Counted from the stretch's first letter, positions 37,754 to 47,775 are shown. The stretch: DNA of 60,521 nt from an uncultured Alphaproteobacteria bacterium (GCA_944389095.1 CALXLC010000032.1:1-60521), one strand, 5' to 3'. The notes: a model not told the origin generated them from the letters alone. Program-made: numbers and translations.

Positions 37754-38890
37754 CTAAGCATTTGTAAATACGGCAGCCAGTTCGCTGTGATTAGAATAAA
37801 CAAACTGGTCGACCATGGTTGCCTCCTCCAGCCGGTATCCTCCTGAAATAAGGATTCCCGCATCCCGGATAAAACTTTGCGGATTGCAGGAAATCGCAAT
37901 AATTTTGCGAGGGCGTTTCAGCCTGTCTGCAGCGGCCAGTTCAAGGCACTGGGCAGCGGCGCCGGCGCGCGGAGGATCAAACAGAACAACGTCAAAAGCC
38001 TCAAGTTCCCCGGCGGTAAAAGGCGATTTGAACAGGTTTTTTTCTACGACCGAAATATTGGGAATCATATTGCGGCGGATGGTCTCGTTAAACCCTTTCA
38101 GCAAAGTCGGGGAAGAATCCGCGGCAGTGATTTTATTTGCTTTGTCGGCGGCCAAAACATAAGAAAAAGTTCCCACCCCGCAAAACAAGTCGGCAATCCG
38201 TCCGCGGTCATTGCCCAGATAATGCAGAACCAGAGAGGTCAGGGCCGCTTCGCCCTCCCGTGACGGCTGCAAAAACGTTCCCGCGGGAATATAAACCTCA
38301 AAGCCCCCGATTCGGATATAAGGTTTGCTTTTTTCCATCAGCGGTTCGGCAAAACCGTCAGGCCTTTTTCGATGAGAGAGGCGGATGATGTCCGGCATCT
38401 GCACCGCGGTTTCAAACAGCGCCATTCTGTGTCCCAGTTCAAATTCGGCGTCAATTTCCAAGACAACGTCAATACCGCCGTCAGTTTCGCAAATCCAGAC
38501 ATCGCCGGATGATAAAAACGATGTTGTCACTTTTTTACCTTTGCGAAGATGCAGAGGTTCGGCACAAAGAACTTCAAGCAGCCGGCGGATATCACCCAAT
38601 GCCGCGTTAAGCCGCGGGGTCAGCAGGGGGCAGGTGTCAATATCGACAAGTTCCGCGCTGTGAAAACGGTTAAATCCGAGTGTCAGGCGGCCTTTTGCGT
38701 AACGAAAAGCCAAACTGGCACGGCGCCGGGTGCCGTCATCCGCAAAAATCGGGGTGCCGAGGCGAAAATCTGCCTGCGGAATTTGCCGCATAAGCGTTTT
38801 AAATGCTTCGTCTTTCCGTTTGCGGTAATCCGAAAGCTCCAGATGGCGCAAGGCGCAGCCGCCGCAGATTCCGGTCAAACGGCAGACCAT
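37754..38890 (-). CDS. RlmD/TrmA-family RNA m5U methyltransferase
   Basis: CGGC 4Fe-4S motif, FLQ, DLFCGVGTF, DPPRAGA, SCNP, VDQF…HSE. Confidence 0.9.
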   Translation of the reverse strand: MVCRLTGICGGCALRHLELSDYRKRKDEAFKTLMRQIPQADFRLGTPIFADDGTRRRASLAFRYAKGRLTLGFNRFHSAELVDIDTCPLLTPRLNAALGDIRRLLEVLCAEPLHLRKGKKVTTSFLSSGDVWICETDGGIDVVLEIDAEFELGHRMALFETAVQMPDIIRLSHRKRPDGFAEPLMEKSKPYIRIGGFEVYIPAGTFLQPSREGEAALTSLVLHYLGNDRGRIADLFCGVGTFSYVLAADKANKITAADSSPTLLKGFNETIRRNMIPNISVVEKNLFKSPFTAGELEAFDVVLFDPPRAGAAAQCLELAAADRLKRPRKIIAISCNPQSFIRDAGILISGGYRLEEATMVDQFVYSNHSELAAVFTNA

Positions 38891-38892
38891 GG

Positions 38893-40614
38893 CTATTCTC
38901 CTTTTTCGCCGGTGGGGCGGGGAGGTTCGATAAAGGTCTGCTCATCGCTTATCCGGCTGGTTTCGATTCCGTCCAGCAACGAGATTTCGGCATTATTTTC
39001 TTTGTCAAAAACCGGATGATGATTTTGGCTTTCGTCCCGGCGGTCGTTTAATCCCTGCTGCTCAAATTCCTGCAGGTCTTTGCGGGTAAAAACTTCGACG
39101 CGGTTGCGGCCGTTTTGCTTTGCCCGGTAAAGGGCTTCGTCCGCCGTTTTGATTAAGGTGTCGATATTGTCGGAAATATCGGAGGACGAAACGCCGACGG
39201 AAACCGTAAATTTCACGGGCTGCCCTTCATCTGAGTAGACCACGGCCTGACTGATGCTTTCGCGCAGGCGGTCGGCCACCCGTTCGGCTTGTTCCGCGGC
39301 AATTGCCGGCAAAAAGATGACAAACTCCTCACCGCCGTAACGGGCGACGATGTCCTTGTCGCGCAAGGCCCGTTCCGCCGTATTGCCGAGTTCGATTAAA
39401 ACTTTGTCCCCCACCTTGTGACCGTATGTGTCGTTGACTTTTTTGAACAAGTCGGCATCCAGCATCAAAACGCTGTACGGCACGTTGTCGCCTTTGGCTT
39501 TCAGAATGAGACGGCTGACCTCGTCTTCAAAATATCGACGGTTATACAGGGAGGTCAGCGGATCGCGGGTCGCCTGATTTTTGAGCAGAGCCTCGCGGTT
39601 TTTGCGGGAGGTAATATCCTGAAAAGCGGTGTAAAGCGCCAGGTTATAATTATAATCAATGATGTTGGCGGAGGCCAGAAGCCAGAACGGAGTTTCTGAA
39701 ATCGGCGTTTTGACCAGAACTTCAAAATCATGGACTTCGCGTTCCTGCTCCAGTCGTTCGTTCAGTAACCGGCGGTTATCCGTATCGGCAAAAAAATCTT
39801 TCAAATGATAACGTTCCAACTCTCCGGGATTAATACCGAAAAGCTTAACCGCATTATTGTTGGCCAAAATGATTTTATCGTCGCCCAGCTGCGAAATGAT
39901 AATCGGAAACGGCGAGGATTTGATAATGTCTTCCACCCGTTGGTTATAGGCTTCCACCTGTTTTTCGGTTTCTTTCAGTTTCCGAACCACAAAATCGCTG
40001 CGGATGATGATAAAGGCCATTGACATCAGCACGTAGTACAATGACGGAATCAAAATAAAACCGAAATGGAAGTCAAATAATTTGACCGCCCACAACAGTG
40101 CGATAACGCTGTTCAGCGCGGCCGCAAGCATATAGCCGCCGTTATTCGGTTCTGACAGTTTTGACCAAAAACCGATGGCAACATAAACAAATCCTGCCAG
40201 CGGAAAGATTAAACGCATGTTGTTGACCATGGCGCCGTCCGGAATAATAAAAACAAAAGCGCCGATAGCCACCAGGCCGAGCAGGCTGATGGTCAGCACC
40301 ACCGGCATCGGCGAGAAGTTGCGGAGCAACAGGTTACTGGCCGCCAGCGCCATAAAAATCATTCCGACCAAAAGCAGCAGGAGTTCCATAAAGATATAAA
40401 AAGTCACTTCGTTTCCGGCGGCATAGGCCTCGGCGGCTTTAACGGCCACGCCTTCGGCGCAGAATTCAAGCGTCAGGCCGATAAACAGCAGCCATGCCGT
40501 TCCGAAGAATTTTTTCACGCTTCCCGCATAAAAGCAGGAAACCAGCAGCAAACCCAGAGAAACCAGCGTCACCAGAAACATGTAATTGTTTGTAAAAACT
40601 TCGGGATTTCCCAT
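38893..40614 (-). CDS. multi-TM PAS/GGDEF diguanylate cyclase
   Basis: About seven TM helices, PAS-like region, DPLTSLYNRR, DADLFKKVNDTYGH, intact RYGGEEF. Confidence 0.92.
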   Translation of the reverse strand: MGNPEVFTNNYMFLVTLVSLGLLLVSCFYAGSVKKFFGTAWLLFIGLTLEFCAEGVAVKAAEAYAAGNEVTFYIFMELLLLLVGMIFMALAASNLLLRNFSPMPVVLTISLLGLVAIGAFVFIIPDGAMVNNMRLIFPLAGFVYVAIGFWSKLSEPNNGGYMLAAALNSVIALLWAVKLFDFHFGFILIPSLYYVLMSMAFIIIRSDFVVRKLKETEKQVEAYNQRVEDIIKSSPFPIIISQLGDDKIILANNNAVKLFGINPGELERYHLKDFFADTDNRRLLNERLEQEREVHDFEVLVKTPISETPFWLLASANIIDYNYNLALYTAFQDITSRKNREALLKNQATRDPLTSLYNRRYFEDEVSRLILKAKGDNVPYSVLMLDADLFKKVNDTYGHKVGDKVLIELGNTAERALRDKDIVARYGGEEFVIFLPAIAAEQAERVADRLRESISQAVVYSDEGQPVKFTVSVGVSSSDISDNIDTLIKTADEALYRAKQNGRNRVEVFTRKDLQEFEQQGLNDRRDESQNHHPVFDKENNAEISLLDGIETSRISDEQTFIEPPRPTGEKGE

Positions 40615-40767
40615 GATAACTCCTTGCAAAAAGCCAAATCTGCCATAACTTTAACGGAAGATTATTAAAATAAACTAAAATTAATTTACATTTTGAAAAA
40701 AATAGATGATTATTTAACTGTTATAAGATAGCCTGTTGCCACAGACGGAATATTCAGGGGAAAAGAC

Positions 40768-41949
40768 ATGGATTACGGGACGCCGGAACATTTTAGCTAT
40801 AAATTGGAGCTCAGGCTGGACAAGCTGCCGGCCAGAGTCTCGGATCGCACAAACTGGAGCTTCCTGCTGCCGGGAATTGTTTTCGGAATTTTACTGTTTT
40901 TGCTTGGCGGTTACGAACTGTTTAACGGGTTCAGGGATTTGGAGAGCGGCCTGAACGAACTGGCGGTTTCCGGGGCGGCCGAATATAAACCGTTGGTGTC
41001 TCCGGTCTTTTTTGATGTTGTCTTTATGGTTGTCGGTCTCGGAATGATAGCGGCCAGCATAGCCTCGTATATCCGTTATAAAAAAATCATTTTTGACGGC
41101 AAAACCGTTTTTATCGGCTGGCGTAAAGTCAGCGGCAAAAAAGTGATTATCCGCGAAAATATCAAAAATTATACCGGCGTGCGGTTCCGGATAGAGTTTT
41201 ATCAACTCGGCTTTTTGAGCAAAAACAGGTATATCATAGAGCTTTATCATAAAGATTCCCAAAAGATTATCCCTCTCTATATTTCCACATCGCCAAAAAA
41301 CATCCGCAAAATCTGGGAATATTATGCCCGGCAACTCGGTCTTCCGGCGTTGGTCAATACCGATGAAGGGCTGATTTCGCGCGAAGTCAAAAATCTGGAT
41401 AAGTCGCTCAAAGAGATGGCTGAGCTCGGGTATGTCATTGACAATTTTGATGCGCATGAAAAGCTGCCGTCCACGGTGGCCTATGTGCGCAAAAAAGACA
41501 AGATTGTTTTGAAAGCCCGCAAAATTGTGTGGGATGCTTACAATATCATTGCCTGGGCGGCAATCATCTCCGCCGGTGCGCTGATTATCCTTGCGGCGCT
41601 TAATCCGCAAATTTTCCTGAGCAATCTTGCTCCGGCGGTTTTTTACGGCGGCTGCGGCGGAATGTTGCTGATTATTGTTTGCGCGGTGTTTGTGCTGTTT
41701 CGCAAGGAAAAGCTGGTGCTGAAAAAACACAAAATCGTCAACACCCACAAATACATGTTGTTTTCTACCAAACACGACGAGATGCCCAAACAGGAAATAG
41801 AAGCGATTGACGTTACCGAAAACCCGCAGACGGGACGTTACTTCGTCTCCATAATTTCCGACAGCAAAACCATCGAATTCGGAGCCAAACTGCCGATAGA
41901 AGATTTGCGCTGGGTTAAACGCTTTTTAATCCACGAGGTAATTAAATAA
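40768..41949 (+). CDS. hypothetical membrane protein (two TM-pair + PH-like halves)
   Basis: Long ORF with GGGGA RBS; two pairs of TM helices, each followed by a beta-rich segment. Confidence 0.7.
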   Translation: MDYGTPEHFSYKLELRLDKLPARVSDRTNWSFLLPGIVFGILLFLLGGYELFNGFRDLESGLNELAVSGAAEYKPLVSPVFFDVVFMVVGLGMIAASIASYIRYKKIIFDGKTVFIGWRKVSGKKVIIRENIKNYTGVRFRIEFYQLGFLSKNRYIIELYHKDSQKIIPLYISTSPKNIRKIWEYYARQLGLPALVNTDEGLISREVKNLDKSLKEMAELGYVIDNFDAHEKLPSTVAYVRKKDKIVLKARKIVWDAYNIIAWAAIISAGALIILAALNPQIFLSNLAPAVFYGGCGGMLLIIVCAVFVLFRKEKLVLKKHKIVNTHKYMLFSTKHDEMPKQEIEAIDVTENPQTGRYFVSIISDSKTIEFGAKLPIEDLRWVKRFLIHEVIK

Positions 41950-42029
41950 TCTTAAATTTAAAATTTTCTTTGCTATATTGTCAGATATAAATTATATATA
42001 GCTTATGTTTATCGGGCGAGGAGATATTG

Positions 42030-42722
42030 ATGAAAAAAGCCGCAAAAAATGAAGAAGACATCAAAAACGACGTGTTTTTGAAAGAAATTGAAGCCGATGT
42101 CAAAAATGACCAGATAAAAAGTCTGTGGGATAAATACGGTCTGGTGATTATTTTGGCGGTCGCCGTGATTCTGACCGCCGCTGTCAGCTTTGAGACTTTC
42201 AAATCGTGGAATGCCAAACGTAATCAGGAACTCTCCAACGCATATGCCGTTGCGGTGTCTTTGCAGTCGCAGGGCCGGACGGCGGAAAGCTTGGATATTT
42301 TGCAGAATTTGGCCAAAAGCAGTCATGGTGTTTATGGCGATGTCGCCAAGCTTCAGATTGCCAACATTTATTTTGAACAGGGCAAAAACACCGAAGCGGC
42401 CGACATTCTGGAACAGATGATTCACAGCCGCCGCGCTAACCAGCAGATGAAGGAGATTGCCACAATCAAATTGGCCTCGTACATGCTGGACAGCGATACG
42501 CCGTCAGATGAAATTACGGCTCTTTTGCAGCCTTTGACTGCCGAAAACGGCAATTGGGCCAATATCGCGCACGAAATGCTGGCCATGCTGGCCATTCGCG
42601 ACGGCGATATGGACAAGGCCAAAAAAGAATATGAGGCTATTCTGAATTCCGATAAAGTCCAGGACAGTCTCAAATCCCGGGCTCAGGATATGGTAACCAT
42701 CATCAGCGACCAAGGTAAATAA
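42030..42722 (+). CDS. YfgM/DUF2659-like TPR membrane protein
   Basis: FLKEIEADVKNDQIKSLWDKYG plus TM and TPR-like helices; conserved position before bamB-der. Confidence 0.8.
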   Translation: MKKAAKNEEDIKNDVFLKEIEADVKNDQIKSLWDKYGLVIILAVAVILTAAVSFETFKSWNAKRNQELSNAYAVAVSLQSQGRTAESLDILQNLAKSSHGVYGDVAKLQIANIYFEQGKNTEAADILEQMIHSRRANQQMKEIATIKLASYMLDSDTPSDEITALLQPLTAENGNWANIAHEMLAMLAIRDGDMDKAKKEYEAILNSDKVQDSLKSRAQDMVTIISDQGK

Positions 42723-42733
42723 CGGAGATTTTT

Positions 42734-44065
42734 ATGGCAGGAAAGTTCTACAAACCGGCAGTCATGCTGAGTGCTTTGGCAATCTTGTCCGGTTGCGGTT
42801 TTTGGGGAAAAGACCGGCTGCAGATAGACGGAGAAAGAATTGACGTCATCAAAGAAAGCAGCTCTCTGGCGTCGGATTATGAACCTGGTGAAGTCAAGAT
42901 TAAGCTTCCCGCACCGTATGTCAATCCCCGCTGGTCTCAAAGCGGCGGAAATTCTCTGCACTTAATGGGACACCTGAAAACGGATGAAAAACTGCGCGAA
43001 GTTTGGTCTTCCGGATTCGGTTCCGGTAGTTCCAAGCGCGATTTCTTAATTGCCACGCCGGTCATTGCCAATCATGTTGTCTTCACGATAGATGCCGATG
43101 CCGTCGTAAGCGCCTTCCGGCTTGATGACGGCGGCCGCATTTGGTCAAAACGCCTCAAACCGGCAGTCAAAGGCGACAAGAGCTCATCCATGAAAGGTGC
43201 CGGCCTAGCCGTCGCCAACAAAAAAATTTATGCCACGACCGGATTCGGCGGTATTTTCTGTCTGGACATGGTTACCGGGGAAGAACTTTGGCGCAAAGAC
43301 TATGAAATGCCGTTTCGCATAGCACCGACCGTCAACGGCAACAAATTGTTTGCCCAGACTTTTGATAATATGCTGATAGCCCTGAATGCCGATGACGGCG
43401 ATGAATTATGGAAGGGACGGACAGAGCTGGAGGCGACAACGCTTGTCGGCGGCGCCAGTCCGGCGTATAATCCGGATATGGATGTGGTGATTGCCGCATT
43501 TTCAAACGGCGAATTACGCGCCTTTAAAGCCAGTACCGGAACGCCCCTTTGGGCAGATTTGCTTGTTTCCCGCCAGCGAATGAATTCTCTGGCCAATATT
43601 ACCGCCATCAGAGCCAATCCGATTATAGACGGCGATAAAGTTTTTGCGGTGGGGTATAACAGCATGTTGACGGCCATAGATTTGCGTACCGGAGCCCGGA
43701 TTTGGGAGCGCGAACTCGGCAGCAGCAATCAGCCGTGGGTCGCCGGAGATTATCTCTATGTGCTGACCAACGATTTTGACTTGCTGGCACTCAATAAAAA
43801 CAACGGAAAAATCATCTGGAATACAACAATTCCCCAGGGCGAGGAAGGCGAAAGCAAAACCGGTGTTTTCGGAAGCGGCCCTGTCCTGACCGGAGACCGG
43901 TTGATTGTTGCAACGTCCAACGGATATGTTTTTGCGGTTTCGCCGTATAACGGAAAAATTCTCAGCTACATCACGACGCCTGACGGTGTGGAAACCGCGC
44001 CGGTGATTGCTCAGGGAATGACCGTGTTCAGTACGGCTGACGCCGAACTTCTGGCCTATAAATAA
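42734..44065 (+). CDS. BamB-like PQQ beta-propeller lipoprotein
   Basis: Lipobox LSGC, WSQSGG, repeated A.D…TG…W motifs; between the YfgM-like gene and der. Confidence 0.85.
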   Translation: MAGKFYKPAVMLSALAILSGCGFWGKDRLQIDGERIDVIKESSSLASDYEPGEVKIKLPAPYVNPRWSQSGGNSLHLMGHLKTDEKLREVWSSGFGSGSSKRDFLIATPVIANHVVFTIDADAVVSAFRLDDGGRIWSKRLKPAVKGDKSSSMKGAGLAVANKKIYATTGFGGIFCLDMVTGEELWRKDYEMPFRIAPTVNGNKLFAQTFDNMLIALNADDGDELWKGRTELEATTLVGGASPAYNPDMDVVIAAFSNGELRAFKASTGTPLWADLLVSRQRMNSLANITAIRANPIIDGDKVFAVGYNSMLTAIDLRTGARIWERELGSSNQPWVAGDYLYVLTNDFDLLALNKNNGKIIWNTTIPQGEEGESKTGVFGSGPVLTGDRLIVATSNGYVFAVSPYNGKILSYITTPDGVETAPVIAQGMTVFSTADAELLAYK

Positions 44066-44077
44066 CAAAGGTGCAAA

Positions 44078-45469
44078 ATGAAATTGAAAGTTGCCATTGT
44101 CGGACGCCCGAATGTCGGAAAATCAACGCTGTTTAACCGCCTGGTCGGACGCAAAGTGGCGATTGTGCACGACAAGCCGGGTGTCACCCGCGACCGGCGC
44201 GAAGCTGAGGCCGGACTGCAGAATTTGAGATTTGATGTTGTTGATACCGCCGGGTATGAATATTCCACGGAAGACAATCTTGAAAAACGAATGTGGGAGC
44301 AGACCAAGCGCGCAATCAGTGAGGCCGACGTCAGTTTGTTTTTGTTTGACGCACGTGCGGGGATTCAGCCGTATGACGAGCATTTTGCGGATTTATTGCG
44401 TCAGAGCGGAAAACCGGTGATTCTTCTGGCCAACAAATGTGAAGGCAAACTTCAGGAAGACAGTATTTTTGAGGCCTACAAATTCGGCCTGGGAACACCG
44501 ATTCCTTTTTCGGCGGAACACGGGCAGGGGCTGGCCGATTTATACGACGCGCTCAAACCCTTCGCAGATAAAAAAAATGAAAATTTGCAAAAGCAGGAAA
44601 CACCTGTTGCCCCGTCGGAAGAAGAGACGGATGATTATAAAAAACGGCCGATTCAACTGGCCATAGTCGGGCGTCCCAATGTCGGAAAATCCACGTTGGT
44701 TAATGCGCTGCTCAATGACGAACGAATGCTGACCGGTCCCGAAGCCGGCGTGACACGCGACGCCATCAGCACCGAATGGAGCTATCAGGGACGGAAAATC
44801 AATCTGGTCGATACGGCCGGACTGCGGCGGGCTTCCAGGGTTGACGATTCGCTGGAGAAAATGTCCGCGGCCAGCACCAAACATGCCGCCTTTATGGCTC
44901 AAGTGGTCGTTTTGGTCCTGGATGCCGATGCCGTGCTTGATAAACAGGATTTGACAATCGCCCGTCAGGTTCTTGACGAGGGCCGGGCGTTGGTCATTGC
45001 CGTCAACAAATGGGATATTGCCAAACGCAGTGAGGCCCTGCAAAAATTAAATGATAAGCTTCAAACTTCTCTCGCTCAGGCGGAAGGAGTGCCGACCGTA
45101 ACGATTTCGGCGCTAAAAAAAGAAAATTTGGATAAACTGATGCGGGCCGTCTTCAAAGTTTATGACCGCTGGAATGTCCGGATTCCCACGGCGCCGCTCA
45201 ATCAGTGGTTTGCCGATATGATAGATAAATATCCGCCGCCGCTTGGCAAAAATAAGCGTCGGATTAAGCTGCGATATATTACGCAGGCCAAAACCCGTCC
45301 GCCGTCATTTTATATTTTTTCAAGCAACCCGGAAGGGTTACCGGATGCTTATCTGCGCTATCTGGTCAATCAGCTGCGGGAGAGTTTTGACTTGCGGGGG
45401 ATTCCGCTGAGAATTACCGTTCGCAAAACCGAAAACCCCTACGCGGATAAAAAAGATAAGAAAAAATAG
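44078..45469 (+). CDS. der: ribosome biogenesis GTPase Der
   Basis: Two GRPNVGKSTL…DTAG…NK domains. Confidence 0.97.
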   Translation: MKLKVAIVGRPNVGKSTLFNRLVGRKVAIVHDKPGVTRDRREAEAGLQNLRFDVVDTAGYEYSTEDNLEKRMWEQTKRAISEADVSLFLFDARAGIQPYDEHFADLLRQSGKPVILLANKCEGKLQEDSIFEAYKFGLGTPIPFSAEHGQGLADLYDALKPFADKKNENLQKQETPVAPSEEETDDYKKRPIQLAIVGRPNVGKSTLVNALLNDERMLTGPEAGVTRDAISTEWSYQGRKINLVDTAGLRRASRVDDSLEKMSAASTKHAAFMAQVVVLVLDADAVLDKQDLTIARQVLDEGRALVIAVNKWDIAKRSEALQKLNDKLQTSLAQAEGVPTVTISALKKENLDKLMRAVFKVYDRWNVRIPTAPLNQWFADMIDKYPPPLGKNKRRIKLRYITQAKTRPPSFYIFSSNPEGLPDAYLRYLVNQLRESFDLRGIPLRITVRKTENPYADKKDKKK

Positions 45470-45487
45470 TGCAGAAAGTGAGTATTT

Positions 45488-45521
45488 AAAAAGGCCGGAA
45501 ATTTTTTCTTCCGGCCTTTTT
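45488..45521. terminator. bidirectional terminator (der / cassette C)
   Basis: AAAAAGGCCGGAA-N8-TTCCGGCCTTTTT. Confidence 0.8.
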
Positions 45522-45523
45522 AT

Positions 45524-45766
45524 TTATTCTCTGTCTTCCAAAGAAATAACCACCTTTCGGTTATATAACTTGGCCAGAACATAAAGATGTTCAAGCCTCA
45601 GTTCGCGGTTGCCGAGTTCTATCGCGTCTATCCACCAGGTGGGTATGCCGGTTTTGACGTGAACTTCCTCAATGCTTAAGCGATTGAATATTCTCAGGTC
45701 GTGAAGCTGTTGTCCCAACCGGCGGCCGCCGCGGGACAAGTCCTTCATTGCTTTGTTGTTTGACAT
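45524..45766 (-). CDS. XRE/Cro-like HTH protein (80 aa)
   Basis: Protein identical to that of 58263-58505; GGAG RBS. Confidence 0.85.
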   Translation of the reverse strand: MSNNKAMKDLSRGGRRLGQQLHDLRIFNRLSIEEVHVKTGIPTWWIDAIELGNRELRLEHLYVLAKLYNRKVVISLEDRE

Positions 45767-45791
45767 TTGTAACTCCATATTTGTTTTAGGT

Positions 45792-45963
45792 AAAACAAAA
45801 CCGCCTTAAGCAACGTCAAGGCGGGGAGTTAAGAACTGTTACAGTGACAGTCTGCCTTATTCGACATACGAATATGCTTATATCGACAGCTCCCCGAAAG
45901 AGGAGTTGTTTTTTACTGTAAAGGAGTTCTTACACTCCGCCGTCCGCTCACCGGACGACGGAA
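45792..45963 (-). ncRNA. structured leader RNA, copy C
   Basis: TAAGA/TCTTA and TTACAGT/ACTGTAA pairs; same stems as the other copies. Confidence 0.7.
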
Positions 45964-46065
45964 TCATGATAATAAATCAAAGCGATTTTGCAACAAAAAA
46001 ATAAAGGCCCAAACCGAAAACGGTTTGAACCTACTATTTTACTCTCAACCTATACCATAGCAGTA

Positions 46066-46247
46066 AAAAAGTGGAATATTTTCCACCGCCGCTTAAGTTA
46101 CGCCCGTGGCGCTGCCACCAGAAAAGTGGAAGCCTCTCCACATCCGCTTAGATATTGCCAGTGGCGCTGCCACCGCGCGCCCACCTAAAGATTATTTAGG
46201 CAGCCAGTCTTCGCTCACGCCGTGCGTGCCAGTGGCGCTGCCACCGC
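46066..46247. repeat. REP-like palindromic repeat cluster
   Basis: GTGGC-GCT-GCCACC at 46106, 46161 and 46232; AAAAGTGGA…TCCAC..CCGCTTA occurs twice with a 55-bp period. Confidence 0.65.
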
Positions 46248-46261
46248 TCCCACCGTGTGGG

Positions 46262-47074
46262 CTAACGCTCTTCATTTTCTGCCAAAATGCCTTTTACGAG
46301 AATAAAAGTCGGAACCCGTCCGCCGAAAGACTGATATTTTTTGGAAATCTCGACCGCCTCCTGATCCACAATAGAAACCTGTGGTTTGGGTGCTGCTGTT
46401 TTTTTCGGTGCTTTTTCCGGCTTGATTTTTCCGGATACGGTCGCCTGGGCATTCAGTTCTGCCTCTTGCTCCTTGTTTTTATCGACTTTGATTTCGGCGG
46501 GAGCGTTTAAAATTTTCTCAAGAATTTCCTGAGTCTCTTTCGAACGCCGGTTTGTAAAAACGATATTCTGTTTTTCGCTGGGCAGCAGGGCAAGAATTTT
46601 TTCCAGATTAGCCAGTTGCTTGTTCTTTTTTATCAGATTGATGTCATCCACCACCAAAATATTGGTCTGTGACAAATCAATTTTTCCGTTTTCGGCAATT
46701 TCAACCAGCAAATCCGGCGATCCGATAATAACATTGGCCTCGTTGTCAATGTCTTCCTCCCCGTCTTTGATGGCGGCTCCGTTGATTTCGTGGTATTTGT
46801 TAAAAATAGCCAGCCGGTCCGACGTCATAACCGAGCTTTCCGAGTTCGGGGTAATAATCAGAATGTTTTGAGCGCCGCGGTTGCTGATGATGTCTACCAG
46901 CGGAAAAACATAAGACATGGTTTTGCCGCAGCCTTGCGGGGCAATGGTAAACACATCTTTACCTTCCAAAATGGACGGAATAACGTCTGATTGAACGGTT
47001 GTCGGTTCGGCAATGCCGAATTCTTCTATAGCGCGGATTGTTTGCTGGCTCAGGCCCAAATCTGAAAATTTCAT
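46262..47074 (-). CDS. truncated, degenerate DEAD-box helicase-like protein (N-terminal RecA domain only)
   Basis: MKFSDLGLS…PTTVQ Q motif, APQGCGKT; VVDDIN replaces DEAD; no second RecA domain. Confidence 0.75.
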   Translation of the reverse strand: MKFSDLGLSQQTIRAIEEFGIAEPTTVQSDVIPSILEGKDVFTIAPQGCGKTMSYVFPLVDIISNRGAQNILIITPNSESSVMTSDRLAIFNKYHEINGAAIKDGEEDIDNEANVIIGSPDLLVEIAENGKIDLSQTNILVVDDINLIKKNKQLANLEKILALLPSEKQNIVFTNRRSKETQEILEKILNAPAEIKVDKNKEQEAELNAQATVSGKIKPEKAPKKTAAPKPQVSIVDQEAVEISKKYQSFGGRVPTFILVKGILAENEER

Positions 47075-47171
47075 GGTATTTCTTCTGATTTCAATGGTTA
47101 ATTTTATTTTTTTTAGATATTATTTATTTTATCAGGCTTAGTCAACCATATAAATAAAAAGGAAAACCGAA

Positions 47172-47720
47172 ATGTTAATGAAACGCGATGATTCTCTGCT
47201 TTTGATAATCGATGTCCAGGAGCGTCTGGCGCCGGCCATGGACAGTCCGCGCGAAGTAATCACCGGTTGCGCCAAGCTGATCGGCGTGGCCCGTCGACTG
47301 GGGGTTCCGTTTATCATAACCGAGCAATATCCCAAAGGGCTCGGGCCGACAATGGCCGATTTGCGTCAGGCTGCCGGAGATGACGCCGGATATTTATCTA
47401 AAACGGAGTTTTCCTGCGCCCGCAATAAAGAGATTATGAACAACATCAAAAAAAGCGGCAAAAAACAAATAATCATAGCCGGGATAGAAAGCCACATCTG
47501 CGTGCTCCAGACCGCTCTGGATTTAAAGGAGCTGGGATACGAGGTTTTTGTGGTGTCAAACGCCTGTTCCTCCCGTCGTCCGTTGCAGGGGATTATAGCT
47601 TTTCAGCGGCTGTTGCGCCACGAGGTGGATGTGGTCTCGATAGAAATGGTCATTTTTGAATGGCTGGAAAAATCGGATCATCCGCAGTTTAAAGAAATTT
47701 CCGGACAGTATGTTGTCTGA
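47172..47720 (+). CDS. isochorismatase-family (YcaC-related) hydrolase
   Basis: LLIIDVQERL, TEQYPKGLG, KTEFSC, GIESHICVLQTALDL. Confidence 0.9.
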   Translation: MLMKRDDSLLLIIDVQERLAPAMDSPREVITGCAKLIGVARRLGVPFIITEQYPKGLGPTMADLRQAAGDDAGYLSKTEFSCARNKEIMNNIKKSGKKQIIIAGIESHICVLQTALDLKELGYEVFVVSNACSSRRPLQGIIAFQRLLRHEVDVVSIEMVIFEWLEKSDHPQFKEISGQYVV

Positions 47721-47726
47721 CAAAAT

Positions 47727-47758
47727 AAAAAACTCTCTGCTTCGACAGAGAGTTTTTT
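47727..47758. terminator. bidirectional terminator
   Basis: AAAAAACTCTCTG-CTTCGA-CAGAGAGTTTTTT. Confidence 0.85.
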
Positions 47759-47775
47759 GGTGAAGACGAAAAAAT

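Larger units (their letters stand above)
45488..45993 (-). repeat. promoter-leader RNA-HTH cassette, copy C
   Basis: TTGCAA 45988-45993, TATCAT 45966-45971, leader, ORF 45524-45766, hairpin 45488-45521. Confidence 0.88.

Noticed and set aside
40650-40690. Possible CtrA boxes (TTAA-N7-TTAA) in AT-rich intergenic DNA
   Set aside because: Only partial or N6-spaced matches here and elsewhere; indistinguishable from AT-rich background.
46066-46247. Possible CRISPR array
   Set aside because: Repeat core is only 14-21 bp, spacing is irregular (55 and 71 bp), the spacers are partly homologous, and there are no cas genes.
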